Source: Octopus vulgaris (taxonomy: Eukaryota). Taken from it: a stretch of 64,000 bases of DNA. Shown in pieces: positions 53,001 to 64,000 of this stretch. A model generated the notes under the pieces. The model did no database searches, had not been told where the DNA came from, and saw only the letters and a list, made by a program, of their open reading frames with translations. Numbering within the stretch: the stretch's first letter is position 1; each line of letters opens with the position of its first letter. The position numbers and the translations under genes were made by a program. Location of the stretch: contig OX597815.1 of NCBI GenBank assembly GCA_951406725.2, forward strand, positions 60,016,001 through 60,080,000. The letters run 5' to 3'.

Positions 53001-55300
53001 AAAGAAGCCTGGGCTATAGACAATATAAAATCTAACCCCAGAGCTTTCTACAAGTTTGCCAAAGAAACAGCTACAGTGCACTGCAGGATAGGGCCACTCC
53101 TTGAAAAAGATGGTGCTCTCACAGGAAATCCAATGAGGATAAGTGAAATACTAAATGAGCAATTCAAAAGTATTTTCACTCCGCCCCTAGGGCACTTTCA
53201 AGTCAGCAATCCAACTGACTTCTTTACCACTGCAGATATAAAATCAGAAGCAATGATGATTGATTACATCAATATAAAGGAAGACGATGTAATAAAGGCT
53301 ATAGATGAAATGAACCCAAACTCAGCTACTGGCTCCGATTGATTCTGAGCAATCCTTCTAAAAGTATGTAAGCGAGTCCTAGCAAGATCACTGCAGTTCC
53401 TCTTTCAGAGCTTCCTTGCAACTGGCAAACTTCCAAGAAAACTGAAGGAGAGTAAAATATGCCCTATTCATAAAGGAGGTAGCAGAGCGGAGGCCAAGAA
53501 CTACAGACCTATCTCTCTGACCTCACACACCAGCAAGGTCATGGAACGAATAGTCAGAAGGAAACTAATCGCCTTCCTTGAAGAAAATGACTTACTGCCT
53601 GACACCCAACATGGCTTCCGACCAGGAAGAAGCTGCCTAACTCAACTCCCACAACACTATGACTGGGTGCTGAAACAACTGTTCATCCACTCAAATGTGG
53701 AAGTCATATATCTCGACTTTGCAAAGGCCTTTGATAAAGTCGATCACGGAATGATATGTCACAAACTGCGGGATCTTGGCATAGTTGTAAAATTGGGAGA
53801 ATGGTTTCATGACTTTCTGAAGGATAGAAGTCAGGTGGTAGTAGCCAATGGGACCACCTCCATTAACACGCAAATAGTGAGCGGTGTTCCGTAAGGCACT
53901 GTTTTAGGACCACTGCTGTTCATAATGGCCTTCTCAGACATGCCCTCAGCCATGCAGTGAGCCACGATCACAAGTTATGCAGATGATACAAAAGTTTCAC
54001 AGGTAATACAGAACCCTGAAGACACTATGCACCTGCAATGTGAGCTGGACGAAATATACAAGTGGGTTGAAAAGAATAGCATGCATTTCAATGCTGAAAA
54101 GTTTCAAGCGTTATGCTATCAGCATGCAAAACTAGATAAATACACAATAAATACACTGGACCTGGAGGGATTGCAATCCCAGAGGCACAATCAGTGCGAG
54201 ACCTGGGTATTTACATGAGTAATGATCCAACCTTTCATGTGCATGTTGCTAAATTGGCAATGAAATGCAGGTGGCTGACCGGAAGGATTCGTAGAGCTTT
54301 TAGAACAAGAGACCAGGAAACCATGAAGGTCCTCTGGAGGACACTTGTCCTAAGCCACTTTGACTATTGCTCTCAGTTATGGTCACCAACCAGTGTCAAG
54401 TTAATCTCAGAACTTGAGGCAATCCAACGAAGCTACATGAAGAAGATAGCCTCTATGCAGCATACAAGCTATTGGGAAAGTCTCAAGAGATTAAGACTCT
54501 ATTCCTTAGAGCGTAGGCGAGAAAGATATGCCATAATATACATCTGGAAGATCCTGGAAGGACTTGTCCCAAACTTTGGCATCGAGAGTTACACAAATAC
54601 TAGAAATGGGCGCCACTGCATAGTGCCAAGGACTCCAAATTTGCCATCAAGATGTAGGACAAGATACTGCGATAGCCTGGGCTTCAGAGGTCCACAGCTC
54701 TTTAATATCCTCCCGAAGGACCTGAGAGACCTGCATGGGGTGGATGCAGATGTCTTCAAAATAAAACTGGACCTCTTCTTGTCAGGTGCCCCAGACGAAC
54801 CAACTTCACGGCAGGAAGTGCAGATGAGGGCAGCTGCATCAAACTCTCATGCACCAAATGTCAATTGCTAAAAAGCATTCGTGAAGTAAAATCATGTAGC
54901 AACACCAAATGGCGGTGTCCCAGTATGGCTACAGCTCGTGAGCTGAAACTAGATGAAATGAAAAAATTGAAAATGCAATGAACATAATGCAAACGTGTTG
55001 CTTTTTTGTGTATTTTGTTTGCAGAAAATAAAGAAATAACAGTAATAACGTTTAATAAATGTTGCTTACTGCAAGTTATGTATGATTCTTTTATGACTTC
55101 ATTGCTTTCAGGCTTCGCTTAAGGTATTTTCGCGCCTGACATCACAAAATGCATCTGAATAAACATTGCCGGACAGCAAATAGAGACCAGGACGTTGCTC
55201 AGAAAATAATTTTCCTTATTAACCTCGTATATAGTACGCGCTAGGGATTTTGAGCTTTAAAGTTTGAGAAAAAATACAGATTATACTCGAGTATCTACGG
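50025..55300. mobile_element. pogo/Tigger-like MITE split by a LINE insertion
   Basis: Left TIR CCGTAAATCCTCGAGTATA (50025) and right TIR TATACTCGAGTATCTACGG (55300), TA flanks. Both halves match 14991-15441. Confidence 0.85.
50221..54972 (+). mobile_element. Degenerate near full-length CR1-group LINE (ORF1, APE endonuclease, RT)
   Basis: APE: LLNIRGL, ALTETHL, DR..HGGVA, YRPP, LMGDFNLP, ILDLCFTN, SDH. RT: QHGFRPGRSCLTQL, YLDFAKAFDKVDH, SGVP*GTVLGPLLF, YADDTK. C-terminal YSLERRRER. ORF1 remnant with CKFYLKG at about 51715. Tail of GAAAT-like repeats. Confidence 0.9.
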
Positions 55301-55303
55301 TAT

Positions 55304-55422
<119 letters not shown>

Positions 55423-56352
55423 TATATACATATATACATATATATATATCAACATATACATATATATACATATATATATACATATACATATATACTATAT
55501 AATATATTGTTAATAATATCAGGAAATCACTATCAAAATTCTTCAGAAAGATATATGCGTCTGTAGAATAATTGTTGTATTAAAAATATAAATATATATA
55601 AAAATATGTATAAGTATAAGTATAATATAAGTATAATAATAAGTATAATATGTATAAGTATAAATATATAATAGTATTTGTTACACTAAATATCACCACA
55701 TATTTAATAGATCATCAATTAAAATATCCTTCTCTACAACACCTTCAACATGTAGACATAGGTTTTATAAAACCTTTAAATATTATAGGAGATCTAATGA
55801 AGATTTAGATTAGTGACTATATATATATAGGGTTTTTTTGTGATATCAAAATATATGGTGATACTTACAAGTAGATTGATAAATAAATCAATTAGAATTA
55901 TTTGACTATACGCACATTTACACGACATAAATTATACATTAAATAAATATTGAATAGGTATTCTTAGAATTAGAACCCGTGCATTAAAGAATTATATTGG
56001 CATCTTCCAATTATACAAATAAAAATATAAATGAAATACTTTGACCAATTTATAATTTTATAATTTCACATAATTTCACATATATTTTATTTTATATTAT
56101 CTAATTCTATGAACTATATTTGGAATATAGGACAATATAATGGATTTTATACATAATTATTCTGGAATACTGCAGAAGACTTACCAAGGAGGTATAAGAG
56201 GATTTTAAAATTCTTATACTAAAGTGTACTTACCAAAATCAAAAGCAGTAATTTTTAATTTATATTTCAAACACATACTATTTTCCCATATTATTTCATA
56301 TTTAAAAAAAAAAAACTACCATTCGATAAAATATACAAATTTCACATTCTAT

Positions 56353-56442
56353 ATCTTTGAGGAGCAGAAGTGTTGTCTATAAATGCTTATCAATATAGGA
56401 TTCCATTATAGGGACTACACCTCTGCGGAACGATCGTAAGAT
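56353..56442 (+). ncRNA. Degenerate type I hammerhead motif
   Basis: aucu-UUGAGGA-gcagaagugu..acaccucugc-GGAA-cgaucg-UA-agau. All three stems are kept, with one substitution in each core box. Confidence 0.65.
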
Positions 56443-56510
56443 GCTTTAAAAACTTAATTCGAAACTTTTAAACTGTCATATTTACTATTATATATTTATA
56501 TTTATACATA

Positions 56511-56875
56511 TACTCTTTTACATGTTTCAATCATTTGACTGTGGTCATACTGGAGCACCGCCTTTAGTGGAGCAAATCGATCCCAGGACTTATTCTTTGT
56601 AAGCCTAGTACTTATTCCATCGGTCACTTTTTGCCGAACCGCTAAGTTACGGGGACGTAAACACACTACCATCGGTTGTCCAGCGATGTTGGGGGACAAA
56701 CACAGACATATATACAACGGGCTTCTTTCAGTTTCCGTCTAATAAATCCACTCACAAGGCTTTGGTTGGTCTTGGGCTATAGCAGAAGAAACTTGCCCTA
56801 GGTGCCACGTAGTGGGACTGAACCCGGAACCATGTGATTGGTAAGCAAACCACTTATCACACAGCCACTCCTACG

Positions 56876-56877
<2 letters not shown>
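56511..56877 (-). mobile_element. Full-length SINE family B
   Basis: Reverse complement of 44369-44826 without the internal microsatellite. Confidence 0.88.
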
Positions 56878-56970
<93 letters not shown>

Positions 56971-57248
56971 TTATATTTTTAATACACAACTTATTCTACA
57001 CACGTATATATCTTTCTGAAGAATTTTCTGATATTGATTTCCTGATATTATTAACAATATATTATATAGTATATATAATCACTCGTATTAAATGTATAAA
57101 TGCTTTAATAGTATTAATACTTTGATACAATAGAGCACTCAATGTAAATTCAGTAGTTAATATTCTCATTGAATATATTTAAAGATTTATATACATATAC
57201 ATATATATATGTATATACATATGTATATATATATATATATGTATATAC

Positions 57249-57293
<45 letters not shown>

Positions 57294-57315
57294 CATATGT
57301 ATATATACATATATA

Positions 57316-57364
<49 letters not shown>

Positions 57365-57428
57365 CTTTATACACACATATACATATTTATATGCATACAT
57401 ATACACATATATACATATATATATTTAC

Positions 57429-57464
<36 letters not shown>

Positions 57465-57473
57465 ATATATGTA

Positions 57474-57673
57474 GGCAAGAAGAAAATGTAGGAAAAATAA
57501 CAGGAATAGGTTGGGCGTTTGCGCTAGTAAATCATTAATTTAATTAATTAATAAACAAAAGTGGTAGTAATACTATTACTACCATTTTTTCTTTATTAAT
57601 TAATTAAATTAATGGCTTACTAGCGCAAACGATCAACCTCTTCCTGTTATTTTAACTCCATTTTCTTCTTGCA
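57474..57673. repeat. Imperfect palindrome with almost no spacer (about 100-bp arms)
   Basis: GCAAGAAGAAAATG..GTTTGCGCTAGTAA..TGGTAGTAATA versus TATTACTACCA..TTACTAGCGCAAAC..CATTTTCTTCTTGC. Confidence 0.85.
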
Positions 57674-58427
57674 TATAATTTAAACTACGGTTTACCCGCT
57701 AAATTACCTGCCACCGAATACCTCTTACTTAGGACTGTACCTACGCAGCTAATCACTAGGAGTGCCTTTGGATTTAACCATCCCCTAGGGGTTTTAAATA
57801 CATCTGACTTATACATATACACACACACATGTATGTATGTATGTATGTATGTATGTATGTATGTATGTATGTATGTATGTATGTATGCATGTATGTATGT
57901 ATGTATGTATGTATGTATATATATATATATATATATATATGTTTGTATGTATGTATGTATCTATGTATGTATATATTTGTGTGTATACGTATATGTGTGC
58001 ATAGGTGTATGTGAATGTAAAGTTTCGAGCTGTCTACCTTATATATCCAAACAAATTATATCTGAAAATATCTCTACACAGCCGTAGTAAAGAGAGGTGC
58101 CAAAATGTTTAATTTAAAAAGTTTCACTCTGTTAGATTCAACTTGAACTCAATTATTCAATTCGATATCTGTTTACTTACGTGACACCAATGTCCTCATA
58201 ATTATTACATTTAATTGGATATATGCAGTTCGATCTATAAACAATCAGTACAACTTTAAGCACTAGATGTAACCCGAAAGACATATCTTTATCGCAAGGT
58301 AATTCATAAGTTTAATCATAATTTATATCATCTGGAATATATCCATTTATTATCATTATATGGAAAGCTATCTGACTAATTAATGCACATGTGCACTTAT
58401 TTCATTTTATCTTCTTAAATCCGTTTA

Positions 58428-58546
<119 letters not shown>

Positions 58547-58712
58547 CATAGTGAAAGTTACTAGGGTAGTACCAGCAATTCTAAAAATAGGAGTTAAAAT
58601 GACTCAAAACCACAGTTTTCACTTGTACACACTGGTGAATTCGAGGGAACGAACAAAATATGTAAGCCCAATTTTCTATTAACGAAAAAATTTTGTAAAT
58701 GTAATTTCAGAT

Positions 58713-58774
58713 ATACTCATATCAAGTGATTTCGAACCCTGTAAATTATCACTTAGTTCATCATCGGTGAGTAT
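58713..58774 (-). ncRNA. Type I hammerhead motif (U4C variant)
   Basis: Minus strand: auacuca-CCGAUGA-u-gaac..guuc-GAAA-ucacuuga-UA-ugaguau. Perfect 7-bp stem I. Confidence 0.75.
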
Positions 58775-59668
58775 TACTGACGAAGGGGTCGTCTCTACAT
58801 ACTCGTAAACGTATTCGTCTTAATCATGTGCGTACTGATCATTTTTAATGCAGCAGCAAATTTAAAAGATAATCGAAGTGAATTAAAAATTATAAAAATA
58901 TATAAGGATATTAGTATTAATAATAATATCAATGTTTAGCATGCATAAAAACTATAAAGGTAAAATTATTAATTCATAATGAAGGGTACTAGGGTAGTAC
59001 CAGCAATACATACATGAATGCATTCATGCATGCATACACACACAAACGCATAAACAGATGAAAAGAAGGTAAGGCTTCTTTTACGAAAATTAGTACCGGC
59101 AGAACACGAAAAATACTGCAATTTCATCTTGTCAAGGAAACCGCCAGAAATTTGTTTCGAAGAAACAATTAGTCTATTGGCGAAGATATTCGTCAATAGG
59201 CTAATTCACCAACACGTAATGTTAGATAATGAGAGGTGTTCATTATTTAACATTCACTGGGAATGCCTGAATTTGAAAAAGCATGAAACAGATGACTTTG
59301 CTACGTACGTAGGTATCATAAACAAAGAATATGAGAAATTCAAATTAAGCGGGTTGACTCCAGATATGTTCAAATGTTTAATCTTCATAAAAGGATTAAC
59401 TGCAAGAAAAGATGGGGATATACGAGCTCGCATATTGACAAAATTAGAGCAAGACACTAAATTAACTTTACGAATAGTGGCGGAAGAATGCCAAAGGATA
59501 ATTAATCTACAACAAGACAGAAAAAATGGTAAGGGACAATGTAAATATACAGGCATGTCGACTACAACAAAAAAGGGGGGAACAAAAACCCAGACCTAAA
59601 CTGTGCTATGGGTGTGGCGAAATACATTTAAAAACGACTACCCTTGGTTGCGGCAAAACAAGACATAA

Positions 59669-60759
59669 GAATTTGCACCTCTCAAACAGAATGAAATGCA
59701 ATTTAAAAAAATATTTATGAAAATGGAAAATATATACAAAATAAATGATGTATGCAAAAAAAAATTAGAAAGATTCATCCATTTTTAGATATTTTATACT
59801 AAAAAATAAAACAAACGAAAAACAGGCACTCGCGATTGTAAACAAACATGTCGGACGAGAGAATAGGCAGTAATTTGCTTTTACCAATCAGGTATTATTA
59901 ATGATACGAGGGGCCAAATAGCCACTGAATTATATGTTGTATAATTTATTTTCTCTGTAAACTGAAAACAAAAATAAAAATAACAAAATTTGCATACGTC
60001 TTAAACATATTTACTCTATTGTTTTATAATTATTTCTGTCGTATATCACTTCATAAAATGGGCGAAAGTAAAGTGAGTGCACACCATCTGACTCTAAAAT
60101 TAACCCTAACCCTAAAACTAACCCTAAAATTAACCCTAACACTAACCCTAAAACTAACACTAACCCTAAACTTTAACCCTAAAACTAGCCCTAACCCTAA
60201 AACTAACCCTTACCCTAAAACTAACCCTAACCCTAAAACTAACTCTTACCCTAACACTAACACTAATCCTTACCATAAACCTAAAACTAACCCTAACACT
60301 CACCCTAACCCTAAACCTAATCCTCACCCTAAAACTAACCCTAAACGTAACACTAAAATTAACCCTACCACTAACCCCAAAACTAACACTAACCTTAACC
60401 CTAAAACTAACCTTAATCCTAAAACTAACCCTAGCCCTAAAATTAACCCTAACCCTAATGAGTGTTCACAGTAAAAAAAATCTGATTAAAAACAATCAAG
60501 AATTTGTAAATGATATTGTCTGGCTCCTCGTATCATTAATAATACGACTGGTAAAAGTAAATTACCCCCCCTTATATAGTCCGACATGTTTGTTAATACC
60601 TCGGGTTCCCGTTTTCCGTTTCTTTTATTTTTTAGTATAAAATATTTAAAAATGGTTGAATCTTTCTAATTTTTCGCATACATCATTTATTTTATATATA
60701 TTTTCCATTTACATAATTTTTTAAAAATTGCATTTCATTTTCTTGGAGAGGTGCGTTTC
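59669..60759. mobile_element. Non-autonomous TIR element (about 185-bp TIRs, TAA TSD, PIF/Harbinger-like)
   Basis: 59669-59855 is reverse-complementary to 60579-60759. TAA lies at 59666-68 and 60760-62. Removing the element rejoins the Gypsy sequence as CGKTRHK-G. Confidence 0.8.
60090..60458 (+). repeat. Degenerate telomere-like array, about 18-bp unit (TAACCC)2TAAAAC
   Basis: Directly visible CCCTAA variants inside the TIR element. Confidence 0.9.
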
Positions 60760-63117
60760 TAAAGGAACTCCAAAAAAGTATTCTCAGCGAAAATAGAAAA
60801 CGAGGTACAAAAAAGAAAATTTGTATCTGCAAAAATAAATAACGTAAATACAAAATTATGTTTTGGATACAGGAAGCGATAATAATGTAAACAGTTCGTA
60901 CACCAGTTCAAATAAGGTGTCGGAAAATGTAAAAAAGAAATTAAAAAAGATATTTCCTGATGTTTTTTCAGAAGACTTAGGTAGGTGCACTAAGACGAAA
61001 GTAAGATTTGAAGTAAAAGAAAATGCTGTCCCAGTATTTAAACCAAAGCGAGCTGTACCTTTCGCGGCATTGAACCAAGTATACAAGGAATTGGACCAAG
61101 TCGAATATATTGGAGTAATAGATGAAATAGATTATTCGGAATGGGCATCACCGCCTGTCTATGTAAGGAAGAAAAATAATAAAATAAGGGTCTGCGCTGA
61201 CTTTTCAACTGGCTTGAATGAATATCTGATGACATATAATTACCCATTGCCAAATCCAGAGGAAATTTTTGCCAAGCTTAATGGAGGTATGTTCTTTTCA
61301 AAACTGGATTTGTGGGAGGCGTACTTACAGTTGCAAGCGTTCTCGGGGCTTGCGAATTATTTTCAAACGTATATACTGAATATGCATTAGCTAAGAGCAC
61401 CCCTAAACAATCTATTGAAAAAAGACGTTAAATGGTATTCGTCTGACATGCCAAAAGGCATTCGACGAAATTAAAAAATAGGTTTTAACATCAGAGCTGT
61501 CATTAACGCATTGTGATCCAAAACTAAAAACAGTAGCAACGTCAGATGCTAGCGAGAGTGGGATCGGAGCAGTAATTCTACATGTTTGAAAACGTTATTT
61601 AAAACCTATCGCACATGCATCACGTTCATTGTTATCGGCGGAAAAAAAACTATAGCCAAGTTGTGAAGGAGGCACTAGCTATTATCTTTGCGGTGAAAAA
61701 ACTTCACAAATTCATACATGGAAGGGAGTTCAGTTTGCAAACAGATCACCACCCATTGTTATCAATTTACGGATCGAAAAAGGGTATTCTCACACATACA
61801 ACCAAACGATTGCAACGCTGGGGGTGGGGGGGACGATCCTGCTAAATTATGATTTTAAGTTGGAATTTCCGCCATCGAAAGAACTAGGACATGCAGATGG
61901 ACTGTCAAGATTGATTCCTAAGCACAATGAACTGTTAGTGGAGACAGTAATAGCAGCACTAAAATCTGGAACGAAAAAATACTCTGCAATGTAGTGCACG
62001 AACTACCGGTCACATTAGACTGATTAAAAATTAAAGCAGAGAAAGATGTGTTTATAAATAAAATGAAAAAAATAGTAAAGTCTGAGACAAAGATAAAAAC
62101 TTATGTAGCTGAGCGTAACGCGGGATAGAAATGCTATTCGATATGTGACGACGTATTGATGTACGCTCAGAGGGTTGTGATACCTGTCTCTTTACAAAAT
62201 CGGATGTGAAAAGAATTTAACGTCTGACATCCATGAATCGGGAGTATGGAGGCACTTATGAGAAACTACATTTATTGGCTGAATATGGATCAGGATATTG
62301 AAAAACTGGTGAAAGCTTGCAGGGGTTGTTCCCTAGCAGCGAAAGCACCATCACTAAAAATTCAGTCGCGGCCAAAGACGGACACACCTTGGTCTAGATT
62401 ACATAGAGATTTTGCAGGGCCACTAAATGGTGGGTATTATCTAGTAGTCGTAGATAGTTGCACAAAATGGTCGGAAATATGTAAATGCAGAAAGCCAACC
62501 TCTAAAATAGCAATAGCATTTTTGGATGAACTTTTGCACGATTTGGTATTCCAGACACTATTGTGTCTGATAACGGAACGCAGTTCACAGCAAAGGAATT
62601 TAAAAACTTTTGTAAAATGCATTCAGTGGGGCATATTACCAACCCGCCATACCGTCCGAGATCCAACGGACAAGAGAATCGTCTCGTAGACACATTTAAG
62701 AGAGCTATGAGGAAAACTAGAAATGAATTATTAGTGGTTACTACATTGACTCAATACTTTGCCAGGAAAGTCCAGTCAGTATTTGATAAACTACTACAGG
62801 GAAGAAAACAAAAAAAATACGCAGAAACACTGAAAATAAAATGAAGTATTTCATTATAGGTGACAAAGTGTTATTTTTAAAAATATAAATATGACAAAGA
62901 AATTTGCGAAGAAGGAAAAATAACTAAACGTTTAGTATGGTAAAAGGGCATACGTGGGAACACAAGAGATTGTGTTCGAAGTTTTTTTGGTGTCCTGTAC
63001 CCATATATGGAAGTATATATATATGTAGATGTAGGTACGTACATATATGTATGTATATATGCATATGTTTTATTTATTAATTTGTTATATATATATATAT
63101 ATATATATATATGAACA

Positions 63118-63261
63118 CAATTGGAGCGTGGAAGGTGTTTGTAAGCCATTTAAGAAACACACAAAAGCCGTTCGATTCACTTCAACATTTAAGTTTAATT
63201 TGTCAAAATATTTTTTGTGTGTTTCTTAAATGACTTACAAATACCTTCCACGCTGCAATTG
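63118..63261. repeat. Inverted repeat (about 49-bp arms) between (TA)n tracts
   Basis: CAATTGGAGCGTGGAAGGTGTTTGTAAGCCATTTAAGAAACACACAAAA and its reverse complement. Confidence 0.85.
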
Positions 63262-63309
63262 TTTTCGTTTCAGCACACGCTCTCAGATCAAATCAAAGTA
63301 CATCTCCGT

Positions 63310-63315
63310 AATATA

Positions 63316-63384
<69 letters not shown>

Positions 63385-63536
63385 GTATATATATGTATAT
63401 GTATATATATGTATATATATGTATATGTATATATATGTATATGTATATATATGTATATATATATATATGTATATATATGTATATATATATATGTATATAT
63501 ATGTATATATATATGTATATATATGTATGTATATAA

Positions 63537-63568
<32 letters not shown>

Positions 63569-63744
63569 GTATATATATGTATATATATATATGTATATAT
63601 ATGTATATATATATATATATATGTATATATATGTATATATATGTATATATATATGTATATATATATGTATATATATATATGTATATATATATATATGTAT
63701 ATATATGTATATATATATATATGTATGTATATATATATATATAT

Positions 63745-63789
<45 letters not shown>
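63310..63789. repeat. Compound (TA)n/(TATG)n/(GA)n microsatellite, representative of many (e.g. 5350-5825, 17580-18790, 39575-40105, 57190-57470)
   Basis: Directly visible. Confidence 0.95.
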
Positions 63790-63794
<5 letters not shown>

Positions 63795-64000
63795 GTTTTC
63801 TAGATATACGGTGTTCGGGATAAATTTGACGATTTGTTGCGTGTCGTTATTTTCTGGAACAGCTGGATTCATTTGTAAATAGTCAACAGCGTTGCAGAGT
63901 ATGAAGATTTACATCGTAGTTGAGAAAAAGCTAGTTGACATGGAGAACTAGGAGTCATCTGAATATTGAGTTACATGTATCATGATGCCTCCTCCGAGTA

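Larger units (their letters stand above)
59050..62945 (+). mobile_element. Old Gypsy (Ty3-like) gag-pol relic, no LTRs seen
   Basis: gag: FKCLIFIKGL..DIRARIL, CYGCGEIH. Protease: LDTGSD. RT N-terminus: SEWASPPVYV..IRVCADFS..FSKLDLWEAYLQL. RNase H: SDASESGIGAV, YSQ..KEALAIIFAV. Integrase: PWSRLHRDFAGP, SDNGTQF, SNGQ. Confidence 0.9.

Noticed and set aside
60019-60474. 151-aa ORF rich in LTLK/NPKT, and a possible true telomere
   Set aside because: It is a translation of the internal degenerate array within a TIR element, with ordinary sequence on both sides.

Overview
AT-rich, microsatellite-saturated eukaryotic DNA with no recognisable host gene. The SINE families and repeat landscape look like an octopus (coleoid cephalopod) genome, which is an inference. 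The window is almost entirely nested mobile DNA: a near full-length R4/Dong-clade LINE and further Dong 3' fragments in (TAA)n arrays, a degenerate CR1-group LINE inside a pogo-like MITE, a young non-autonomous LTR element, an old Gypsy relic interrupted by a TIR element carrying a telomere-like array, Tc1/mariner relics, Helitron/Helentron-type elements, tRNA-derived SINEs and many Penelope-like (GIY-YIG) relics. The most striking signal, invisible in the ORF track, is about 14 type I hammerhead ribozyme motifs from roughly ten unrelated sequence families on both strands, mostly with self-complementary (dimerising) stem III. Some lie at the 3' ends of Penelope relics. Others lie in short non-coding units of about 200-450 bp with terminal direct or inverted repeats, inserted in (TA)n, resembling retrozymes. 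All folds and alignments were done by eye. Boundaries of degenerate elements are approximate.
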